The notes beneath the pieces are model-generated. The model was not told the origin of the DNA. It was given only the letters and a program-made list of their open reading frames with translations, and ran no database searches. Positions 27,547 to 35,080 of a stretch of DNA of 64,000 nt are shown in pieces (the stretch's first letter is position 1; each line of letters opens with the position of its first letter). The translations under genes and the position numbers were made by a program. Source of the DNA: a virus; IMG/VR virus record IMGVR_UViG_3300021956_000014; one strand, given 5' to 3'.

Positions 27547-27583
27547 ATGAGAAAAGTAGTACTTTTGTAGTACTACTTTAGTA

Positions 27584-27862
27584 TTACTCGCGCTGGGCGA
27601 GCTTGTTGTACACGGGACGTGGTATAGACACTTTGACAGTGAGTGCATTGGCACGGACACGCAGAGTTTCTACGACAGCGTCTACTTGCGTTAAAGTGGC
27701 GTCCTCGGGGTTTAAATCTACTAGAAACAAGGCTTTGTTTGCAGTAAATTCTGCGAAGGTGTGTGCTACAATACGCAGGGCTGTTATGGTGTTTGAGTAG
27801 GGCTTGCGTTTAAAATTTACTTTTAAATACAAAGTACTACTGGGTGCGGAATTAAACAACAT
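27584..27862 (-). CDS. hypothetical protein downstream of promoter cassette P2
   Basis: 92 aa; RBS AAAGGAGCC. Confidence 0.45.
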   Translation of the reverse strand: MLFNSAPSSTLYLKVNFKRKPYSNTITALRIVAHTFAEFTANKALFLVDLNPEDATLTQVDAVVETLRVRANALTVKVSIPRPVYNKLAQRE

Positions 27863-27888
27863 AGTGGCTCCTTTATTGTTAAGCCACT

Positions 27889-27917
27889 ATTGTACTAAAG
27901 ATTCCTTTTTGGGTCAA
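27889..27917 (-). promoter_or_regulatory. promoter cassette P2
   Basis: Minus strand TTGACC-17-TACAAT then AGTGGC ... AAAGGAGCC ... ATG; spacer conserved with P1 (GGAATCTTT). Confidence 0.5.
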
Positions 27918-28153
27918 CGGCGTCTGGCGACGCTATCGTGCAGGGCCTGCAGGTATTGAGTTTGATTGCGTAGTTTGGCTTCTAGAGCTTCAACCCGGGC
28001 TGTCATCATCTGAACTTGTTGCTCCATGGCTTCGATGGTTTGTTGTGCTGTACGAAGTTTGACTTCGTGTGTCATTAAGTTTGGGCGTGGTGGAGCATTT
28101 GGGTCCACCGGACGCTTCTTCTTAATTTTATACATGTCTTGAATGTAGCTCAT
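27914..28153 (-). CDS. small coiled-coil protein
   Basis: 79 aa, heptad-like EALEAKLRNQTQYLQAL. Confidence 0.4.
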   Translation of the reverse strand: MSYIQDMYKIKKKRPVDPNAPPRPNLMTHEVKLRTAQQTIEAMEQQVQMMTARVEALEAKLRNQTQYLQALHDSVARRR

Positions 28154-28473
28154 ACTAGATATTTATCGTTTAGCACCCCGGGTACTTTTACTACCAGAGT
28201 GTCGGTATCTTCAAAGTATTCACATTCAGCAACTTCGCCTGGGTGAAAAATTACACCTTGTCCTGCGGTGTACAGTTCTCCATTGATCTTGACCAAACCG
28301 CGTGTGACCAAATTGACTTCTGTGGCAATTTTGTGATAGTGTGGCTCGCTGATCTCACCTTTGTAGTTGGTTTGAAATGCCACTTCGCAGGCATCAGTTT
28401 TAAGAACAGCACGTTCAAACTGTCCCACAAACCAGCCCCTTTCCCCTGCTTCTCTCATATGAAAACGTTTCAT
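28150..28473 (-). CDS. cupin-domain protein
   Basis: 107 aa; EPHYHKIATEVNLVTRG and GVIFHPGEV cupin motifs. Confidence 0.5.
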   Translation of the reverse strand: MKRFHMREAGERGWFVGQFERAVLKTDACEVAFQTNYKGEISEPHYHKIATEVNLVTRGLVKINGELYTAGQGVIFHPGEVAECEYFEDTDTLVVKVPGVLNDKYLV

Positions 28474-28474
28474 G

Positions 28475-29659
28475 TTACCTCCAATACTGCTTGAATTCTG
28501 GAACCACTTCCAGTACGCTTTCGTTTCTAAGTTGATCTAATTTATCGGTAAACCGACAGGTTTCGTGCCACGAACCAATTGGTGCCTCTGACATGTAACT
28601 GATAATACCATCCGCTCTTGTTTGTTGTTCTTTGTAACGACTGCAAGACAGTAATCGTTGACCAGCTAGATCTTTTAATTCCTGTGGTAAGTTTTTAATG
28701 TTTAACTGTGCTGGAAAATGGCAAACAGTCAAGTCAATGGGATCGAATGTGTTTCCATTGGCGTAGGCAAAATCCAGCATCTTGTCAAGGTACAGTACAT
28801 TGTAAACGCTGACCACACAATTGAACTTGATCTTTACTCCGGGAAATTGTCGGACTGTTTCGATGTTGCGTAATAGCAAGCTCCAGTCTAAACCCGAGCG
28901 TATGTATTCTCCCAGTTGTTCCGTAGCATCTACACTGACAATGAACAACACATTGGAAAAATGCTGTAAGTAATCTTCTAGTCGGTGCTGACCAAACTGT
29001 AGCTTGGTCAGGTTGGTTGTGTAGGTTAGGCGTATGTCTGTTAGTCCCAACTCTATTAGGCGATCCAATAACTCCCAGTGTTCTTGCTGGAATAAACTTT
29101 CGCCGCCGGCAAAGTAAACTTCTTTTAGTTGACTGAGATCTCCATAGCGCAACATATCAACTTGTTCGTTGAGTGCATGGATAACATAGTTGGTCCGTGG
29201 CTCGCGGTTATAGACTGCTACAGAGTCTGTACCCCAACTATGGCTATAGTCTGGACCGCACATACGACATTTTAAGTTACAGATGTTTGAAAAACGAATG
29301 TCCCAATACTGTAGTGCAAAGTCTTGTAAATAACCGTCGGCTGAAGTTTTGGCCAACAGTCCGTCGACATCAATATTTAAATGATCTATGTCTTGATTTT
29401 TAGCAGTACGGAAACTAGGAAGTCCGTGGGACTCTTCTTTATAACAACCTGCACAGGCCCGCGGCTGGTTACCGGCTAACATTTCTGTACGCACACGGCG
29501 CATGGCCTCTGTGTTTGCTACAGAGCCAGCATCGGTAAAGTCTTGTATGTTACCAAAGTTGCCTTGAGCCGCACAGCAAGGTTTTATTTTGCCCGTTGGA
29601 TCATGGAAGAAATGTATCCAAGGTAAAATACAAAACGTCTTACTGGGCAGGTTGCTCAT
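28475..29659 (-). CDS. radical SAM protein with extra N- and C-terminal Cys clusters
   Basis: 394 aa; CNLKCRMCGP (CxxxCxxC); additional N-terminal Cys cluster (residues 10, 28, 29, 68, 71) and C-terminal Cys residues; 1-nt gap to the cupin gene. Confidence 0.6.
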   Translation of the reverse strand: MSNLPSKTFCILPWIHFFHDPTGKIKPCCAAQGNFGNIQDFTDAGSVANTEAMRRVRTEMLAGNQPRACAGCYKEESHGLPSFRTAKNQDIDHLNIDVDGLLAKTSADGYLQDFALQYWDIRFSNICNLKCRMCGPDYSHSWGTDSVAVYNREPRTNYVIHALNEQVDMLRYGDLSQLKEVYFAGGESLFQQEHWELLDRLIELGLTDIRLTYTTNLTKLQFGQHRLEDYLQHFSNVLFIVSVDATEQLGEYIRSGLDWSLLLRNIETVRQFPGVKIKFNCVVSVYNVLYLDKMLDFAYANGNTFDPIDLTVCHFPAQLNIKNLPQELKDLAGQRLLSCSRYKEQQTRADGIISYMSEAPIGSWHETCRFTDKLDQLRNESVLEVVPEFKQYWR

Positions 29660-30017
29660 TGGCTTGAGCTTCTTTCATTTCTGCTTCTAACTCATCCAAT
29701 ATTGCTGTTAGGTAAGTAGGATCCAATTGTTTCATTACTGCGGTAATGTATTGGTCGTATCCACCAAAGTAATACTTGAAGAAACTTTTAAAGTCTCGGT
29801 CATCGTTGAATGTGTTGCGTTGTACAGATTTTTGGCTTAGGTTTAGTATTACATTGGCCATTGAACTACTTTTCTTTTGGCCTCGAGTAATTTCGACTTT
29901 TTCGTCATACTGAAGATTGTTTTTATCGTTCATCCAGCCCTTAACTGAGGTATTAACACCTTTGCGTGGTTTCATTCCGTAGAATGCCACAAGATAAATG
30001 TCGTGTTTATTTGTCAA
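29640..30017 (-). CDS. hypothetical protein (position compatible with a gp62-like clamp-loader small subunit)
   Basis: 125 aa, immediately 3' of the gp44-like gene with 11-nt overlap; no motif support. Confidence 0.3.
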   Translation of the reverse strand: MTNKHDIYLVAFYGMKPRKGVNTSVKGWMNDKNNLQYDEKVEITRGQKKSSSMANVILNLSQKSVQRNTFNDDRDFKSFFKYYFGGYDQYITAVMKQLDPTYLTAILDELEAEMKEAQANEQPAQ

Positions 30018-30930
30018 TTTGGCATAACTCCACTAGTGTTGCTGAAAGATTAATTTCGGGGTCGGCAACCATTGAGTGATTTACCATGCCCTTGCGTATT
30101 GCTAGAATTGCTTCGTCCTGACCTTCGGGAGTCTTGCTCCACATCTCAAGGTTGTCGTACATCCAGCGGAACATTTCGTTGATGTCTTCCACAGCGGCCT
30201 GTGTGCAGATTACGCTACGAGCTTGGCGGATAGCACCCATCTTCATAAAGTTAACTGCTTCTAGTTTCCAATCCTTAACACCACGATCATTTTCACTAGG
30301 CTTAGATAGTGTGCCTGTGGTTGTATTACTCTGCAATAAATTTAAGCACTTACGCAGATCTGGATAAGTGGCTTTGACGTAACTGTCTAGAGTGTCTAAA
30401 TCAAATTCTATATTTTCATTAACCAAGACTGTTGCCGCACGAGCAGTAAACTCTGTGACATCACTTTTATCAATATGGAAACTCTGACACCGACTGTGTA
30501 AGGCATCCATGATCTTGTGTGGCATATTGCAAGTAAAGATAAAGCGAGCTTGGCTGGCGTAAGTCTCTAGTAAGCCACGCATAATACCCTGTGCTGGGGG
30601 ACTCAAATAGTCGGCCTCATCCATCAGCACGACTTTGAATTGGCCAAAAGGCATGGTCTGCACAAAGCCTTCCACCGACTTCTTGATAAAGTCTACACCG
30701 TTGTCACGACTGGCGTTAATCTGTAGCACATCATAATCGTCTACACCCAGTTCGTTAATCAGTATCTTGGCCAGGGTGGTCTTACCTGTGCCGGGACTGC
30801 CACTGAGTAAGATATGCGGAATAGTACCTTCTTTGACCCATGACTCAACAATTTGTCTTTGATTGGTGTCAGTAAACACATAGTCACTGACTGTGCGTGG
30901 TCTATACTTTTCTGTCCAAAGTTCTTTCAT
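30007..30930 (-). CDS. clamp-loader ATPase subunit (T4 gp44 / RFC small-subunit-like)
   Basis: 307 aa; EKYRP box, Walker A GSPGTGKTT, Walker B MDEAD, SRC arginine-finger motif (LHSRC). Confidence 0.7.
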   Translation of the reverse strand: MKELWTEKYRPRTVSDYVFTDTNQRQIVESWVKEGTIPHILLSGSPGTGKTTLAKILINELGVDDYDVLQINASRDNGVDFIKKSVEGFVQTMPFGQFKVVLMDEADYLSPPAQGIMRGLLETYASQARFIFTCNMPHKIMDALHSRCQSFHIDKSDVTEFTARAATVLVNENIEFDLDTLDSYVKATYPDLRKCLNLLQSNTTTGTLSKPSENDRGVKDWKLEAVNFMKMGAIRQARSVICTQAAVEDINEMFRWMYDNLEMWSKTPEGQDEAILAIRKGMVNHSMVADPEINLSATLVELCQIDK

Positions 30931-31256
30931 ACGTTTCCTAATCCTATTCTACTGTAACCTAATTTACTGATTGTTTCTTTATCTAAAACTCTTGGGGTTT
31001 TAAAAATCTTTGGTTTAGTTGGCCAATACCTTGTATCCACAGTTTCTCCAGTTAGTTCATAACGAAAGTCTGGATCATATACCATAGCGCCATCAGAACG
31101 ATATGCTGGCTTACCGTCTCGGTATCTAAATGTTACACCACGACACATACAGAATGAACTACCTTTGTTTGTCCATACTTCACCGTTTACGGTACCAACA
31201 TATTTGACTACATTACCTTTGTGCATTTCTATTAGTGCTTGGTGATGATCAATCAT
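30927..31256 (-). CDS. hypothetical protein
   Basis: 109 aa ORF. Confidence 0.4.
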   Translation of the reverse strand: MIDHHQALIEMHKGNVVKYVGTVNGEVWTNKGSSFCMCRGVTFRYRDGKPAYRSDGAMVYDPDFRYELTGETVDTRYWPTKPKIFKTPRVLDKETISKLGYSRIGLGNV

Positions 31257-31555
31257 TAGTATCTGCTTCCTGGTTGGCCTGGATCATTGCTGTTGGTACA
31301 GGCTAGGTTGTGGTCTGTTGAATGTGGGCAACGTTTGTTTCCGCAGACAGGACAAAGAATCATACGACTTGCAACGTATGGCAATACATGTCCTGGTTCT
31401 GTGTAATCTTTGTTGCAATTATAACACCAACAGTTGAGTTTCGCTACGGTATCTTGGTTTTTCTTTTTACCAAATATACGATCAAAGTTCGTGCCAAATT
31501 CCTCTTGGCTTACGCTAAATGGTCTTGGGCTACTGCCCTTTCCTCCGTCACTCAT
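31256..31555 (-). CDS. Cys-rich zinc-finger-like protein
   Basis: 99 aa; CWCYNC ... CPVCGNKRCPH. Confidence 0.4.
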   Translation of the reverse strand: MSDGGKGSSPRPFSVSQEEFGTNFDRIFGKKKNQDTVAKLNCWCYNCNKDYTEPGHVLPYVASRMILCPVCGNKRCPHSTDHNLACTNSNDPGQPGSRY

Positions 31556-31790
31556 CTTCTGTTACTTCCTCTAATTCATCTAGTCCCGAACCGGTGTGGT
31601 GGTTGTATGTGATGTCGCCTACTACCCAGGTGTTGGTCCAAAATCGTTGATTATTACTGCTGGTATGTGGTACAAGTCGTAGCATTGTTTCAACTTGTTT
31701 GCGCTCTTGTCCTTTGAGTATGCGGTGTTTTTTTAGTAGACCGGCCCTTTTTAAAAAAGCCCGAGCTTCTTCAGGTGTCATGTTGTTCAC
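31548..31790 (-). CDS. hypothetical small protein
   Basis: 80 aa ORF. Confidence 0.35.
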   Translation of the reverse strand: MNNMTPEEARAFLKRAGLLKKHRILKGQERKQVETMLRLVPHTSSNNQRFWTNTWVVGDITYNHHTGSGLDELEEVTEDE

Positions 31791-31925
31791 ACCAGCTCTT
31801 CCGCAATGCCCAATAGTTCGGCAAAAATTAACAAGAAGCCGGCAAAGAACAAGTTACCTTGTATCAAGCATCCGCCTGCTCCGATTCGGATAATACTTTT
31901 TACAAGGCTAATATAAAAATGGCCT

Positions 31926-32180
31926 TTACTTGTGTCTTTTGGTTGAATTTCCACGTTTAAGTATCCTCATTACTTTTTCTTGCTCTTGTTCTTTGAGCCA
32001 TTCTTCTTCGCCGGCAAATGTGCTAGTAGTTTCAAGCATTTCATCTATGGCAAATTTTACACGATATAGATCTTGTTTGCAAGGCCAGTTGTTGTATCCG
32101 GTTACATACGGATCATTGGCACCTGCCCACATTCTACTGCACTCACCAATAACCCGTTCAACATTCCAATCGATTATCAT
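31926..32180 (-). CDS. hypothetical protein (start trimmed to Met50)
   Basis: Maximal ORF 31926..32327 overlaps the GroES-like gene by 143 nt; an ATG 4 nt after the upstream TAA gives an 84-aa product. Confidence 0.3.
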   Translation of the reverse strand: MIIDWNVERVIGECSRMWAGANDPYVTGYNNWPCKQDLYRVKFAIDEMLETTSTFAGEEEWLKEQEQEKVMRILKRGNSTKRHK

Positions 32181-32184
32181 GCGC

Positions 32185-32607
32185 TTAGTCAAACTGAGTT
32201 CTTGACTTACGTTCAGCTTGAACTGCACTACTAATAGTGTCATCCTCGTTAGGTTCTTCGTCGCTGACAAAAATAATACAAGCAGGATCGGCCTTGCGTA
32301 CAGTAAACGTTTCTCCGTCAATCTCAACTTCTAAACCACGACTCCAACGCCCGTGTTCGATGAACACCCACTGACCAACCTTGACATCTTGTTGGTCGGG
32401 TCCGACAGCATACACCTTGGCCCAACGTGGGCGGATACCATCAGTTTTGCCATCATCGTTAAGCAAGTAGATTCCACTGCTAAGTTTACGTCCACCAAAG
32501 TTCATGTCACGTACAATCACATGATCATATAATGCCTTTAGTCCGGCAATTTGATTGATTTGTTTGAGTTTATTACTTGCTTGAAATAACGGTTCTTCTT
32601 TGGGCAT
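32185..32607 (-). CDS. GroES/gp31-like co-chaperonin
   Basis: 140 aa; DHVIVRD...SGIYL...AKVYAVGPD...VKVGQWVF...IDGETFTVRKADPACIIFVS matches the Cpn10 pattern. Confidence 0.5.
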   Translation of the reverse strand: MPKEEPLFQASNKLKQINQIAGLKALYDHVIVRDMNFGGRKLSSGIYLLNDDGKTDGIRPRWAKVYAVGPDQQDVKVGQWVFIEHGRWSRGLEVEIDGETFTVRKADPACIIFVSDEEPNEDDTISSAVQAERKSRTQFD

Positions 32608-32608
32608 A

Positions 32609-33073
32609 TTAAATCCTTGTTGGGCCTGTGGGCTTACGTGGGTCTTTGATTAATTCTTGTTTGTGTACGGTGGGTGCGGCCATTGACGAAGCTAGAGATC
32701 CGCGCAACTTTGGAACCGGATCTTCCTTCGTAGTTGGTTCGATAATTTCTTCTTGGGCTTCTACCACTGGTGGTTCGGGCACTGGCTCAGGCATTGGAGT
32801 GCCTTGTGTTACTTTTGCTCCAGATCTCGCTTGTTGTCTAATGGCAATTTCTGCATCAGGATTGGCAATCTCTTGAGGTACCTGTGTATTCAAACGGTAG
32901 TATGCGTCTTGTGTTTGATTTCGCGTTTCGGCAATTCTTCCGCCAGCACCAAGTTTGTCTCCCCGGGCATTGACTTTCATATTACCTACTGCAATAGTTT
33001 CTTCGTTGGCAATACGCAGACCTTCGATGTCGATTTGCTTGCCCTGTGCTGTGGTATAAATGTGTTTACTCAT
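32609..33073 (-). CDS. hypothetical protein
   Basis: 154 aa; Pro/Glu-rich middle (PMPEPVPEPPVVEAQEE). Confidence 0.4.
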   Translation of the reverse strand: MSKHIYTTAQGKQIDIEGLRIANEETIAVGNMKVNARGDKLGAGGRIAETRNQTQDAYYRLNTQVPQEIANPDAEIAIRQQARSGAKVTQGTPMPEPVPEPPVVEAQEEIIEPTTKEDPVPKLRGSLASSMAAPTVHKQELIKDPRKPTGPTRI

Positions 33074-33096
33074 AATGTTCTCCGTTATATGTGTAC

Positions 33097-33621
33097 TTAT
33101 CGTAAAAATTCATGGATGTCTAAATCATAGTACATGCTGTCAATCTTATGTACACCAATCAAATATAGTACATAACTGGCTACACTACTGCCTCTTCCCA
33201 ATCCCCAAACAACCCCATTTGATCGCATGGTATCTACAAAATACTTTAAGTAACGCAACAAATCAAACATATCACGTTCTTGGTATAATAGCAACTCTTC
33301 GCCTACCCGTTGTAACTTTGGATCAGTGTCGCATTGATCCAATAGCCATTGTGCAATATCTAAAGTTTTATATTCTTCGGGCATGTACCAGTTTTGTTGT
33401 TGTACATTGTCAAACAATTCTACAGGCACATCTTCTTTGTAGTCAATGGGCACATATCTTTTTAGAATAGGGAAATCGCTGAATGTGATTTCCCGTGCTT
33501 GGTTATACTGCCCAGGATCCTCAACTTGAAATCTACTGATGTCTAAATCGGGATTGCTGTACAATAACTCAAACAACTCTTCGGCGTCGGTATAGGCTTG
33601 CCCAAACTTGTTATACTTCAT
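33097..33621 (-). CDS. hypothetical protein
   Basis: 174 aa ORF. Confidence 0.4.
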   Translation of the reverse strand: MKYNKFGQAYTDAEELFELLYSNPDLDISRFQVEDPGQYNQAREITFSDFPILKRYVPIDYKEDVPVELFDNVQQQNWYMPEEYKTLDIAQWLLDQCDTDPKLQRVGEELLLYQERDMFDLLRYLKYFVDTMRSNGVVWGLGRGSSVASYVLYLIGVHKIDSMYYDLDIHEFLR

Positions 33622-33866
33622 GAAATGTCAATAATGCCTTTAAAGCCCTTGCCATTTTTGCTGGCACGTTCTTCCATATCCTTCATTAGCTTTTCTTGTC
33701 TGCGAGACAGTTCTGCTTGATAATCTTGCATCAGCATTTGAATTTGCGGAATAACTTGGCTGGGCCCTGACCGATATGCCTGCCCCAGTCTTTTGCTCAG
33801 TTCGTTGAATTTGTTGGCAACTTCTTCGTCAGTGAGTTTAGATAGGTCTGGGGCAAGTGGATGCAT
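33618..33866 (-). CDS. hypothetical small protein
   Basis: 82 aa ORF. Confidence 0.35.
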   Translation of the reverse strand: MHPLAPDLSKLTDEEVANKFNELSKRLGQAYRSGPSQVIPQIQMLMQDYQAELSRRQEKLMKDMEERASKNGKGFKGIIDIS

Positions 33867-34279
33867 TAAAGGTCTCCGTCTTTTCGATTTTCGCTATAGT
33901 ATGGATCAAATGCTCCACCGGGGTAGCGACTTTGTAACTTATTTACATTTTCTGCGATGACCTCGTTTGGATCTAGGTTCAAAGCGCGACAAGCATTGAC
34001 CCAATACCACATGATATCGCCCAACTCCCGTTTCATATGGAAACGAGCTTCTTCATTGTAGGGTTTGCCTTGAAAGAAAATTTTCTTGGGAATTTCAGCG
34101 AACTCACCTGCTTCTGCCGCCAACCCGATTACAGCGGTCAATAACAAACTGGGATTCATTGCAGGATCTTCTTGATATCGTAAGTTGTTTACTACACGCT
34201 CGAGATGATCGTAGTTGTTGGACTCTTTGCTGGTCACTGCATCGACAAAATTAGAATAGCGGTTTAAATCAATTTGCAT
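33866..34279 (-). CDS. mazG: MazG-like nucleoside triphosphate pyrophosphohydrolase
   Basis: 137 aa; AAEAGEFAE ... KRELGDIMWYW: EExxE/D metal-binding helix pattern of MazG/NTP-PPase. Confidence 0.75.
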   Translation of the reverse strand: MQIDLNRYSNFVDAVTSKESNNYDHLERVVNNLRYQEDPAMNPSLLLTAVIGLAAEAGEFAEIPKKIFFQGKPYNEEARFHMKRELGDIMWYWVNACRALNLDPNEVIAENVNKLQSRYPGGAFDPYYSENRKDGDL

Positions 34280-34283
34280 AAAA

Positions 34284-34327
34284 GAAAACTCCTAGTAGCA
34301 CATAGTATATACTATAGCACACTAGGA
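34284..34327 (-). terminator. long hairpin between the fibre module and mazG, enclosing the mazG RBS
   Basis: GACTCCTAGT ... ACTAGGAGTT stem with inner palindrome ATAGTATATACTAT; 3' arm contains AGGAG 9 nt before the mazG ATG, followed by TTTCTTTT. Confidence 0.45.
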
Positions 34328-34347
34328 GTCAAACTCAGTATAACCAA

Positions 34348-35046
34348 TTAACCGATTTTATACCATTTGTTTTCGGATTTGTGGAAGAAGTACTGAACTC
34401 CGGTTCCGCCAGTTAGCGTTACGTTGGCGCCGGGGGTTAACGTACAGCCCGAATTTGGGTTAACTTGCAAGTTGGTAACTGTTGCAGTAGATGAAAGGGT
34501 AACAACCATTCCGTCAATGTTAGCACTAGGTAGTGTAACAGCCATGTTGGTAATTGTACCAGTTGGGTCTAGGATAAATCTACTTATGTTACTCCACATT
34601 GTGTAAGTAGCATTGGTTGTTGGTGCATAGTACTGATAACCTGTGGTAACTGTAGTGCCAGTTGTATACAAGTTGGCTATGTTGGCATTACCATTGACAA
34701 CAACGTTGTTAAGATACGCACTGGTATTGTACAAGTTACCAGTTAAGTTTGTACTGCCTGAAACATTTAAGTTGGCATCTAGTGTAGCCGCACCAATTAA
34801 GTGCGTAGTTTTATTTACAGTCAATCCCTGGGCAATGTTACCGTAATAGGCTTCTACGTTGCCGTTGCTTTGTACAACAGTTTGAATAGCGGTTGTTGAG
34901 TTTTGCAAGTCGCTGATTTCTGTAGCCGCAAAGCTGAAATTGTTTAAAATATTGGTAAAGTTGTCACGAAAACCCTGACTATCATTGTCCTGGCCTGCAA
35001 CGGGAAAATTACCGTTAATATTGTTTGGGTTTATGTTTGATGACAT
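34348..35046 (-). CDS. tail fibre / receptor-binding-like protein
   Basis: 232 aa, Asn/Thr/Gly-rich beta-rich composition, in fibre gene cluster. Confidence 0.45.
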   Translation of the reverse strand: MSSNINPNNINGNFPVAGQDNDSQGFRDNFTNILNNFSFAATEISDLQNSTTAIQTVVQSNGNVEAYYGNIAQGLTVNKTTHLIGAATLDANLNVSGSTNLTGNLYNTSAYLNNVVVNGNANIANLYTTGTTVTTGYQYYAPTTNATYTMWSNISRFILDPTGTITNMAVTLPSANIDGMVVTLSSTATVTNLQVNPNSGCTLTPGANVTLTGGTGVQYFFHKSENKWYKIG

Positions 35047-35080
35047 TAAATGGGTGCTCCGATATTAGCTATATTTATAT

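Noticed and set aside
31926-32327. Full-length 133-aa ORF overlapping the GroES-like gene by 143 nt
   Set aside because: The N-terminal 49 codons are hydrophobic nonsense-like and overlap a better-supported gene; an ATG 4 nt after the upstream stop gives a cleaner 84-aa protein.
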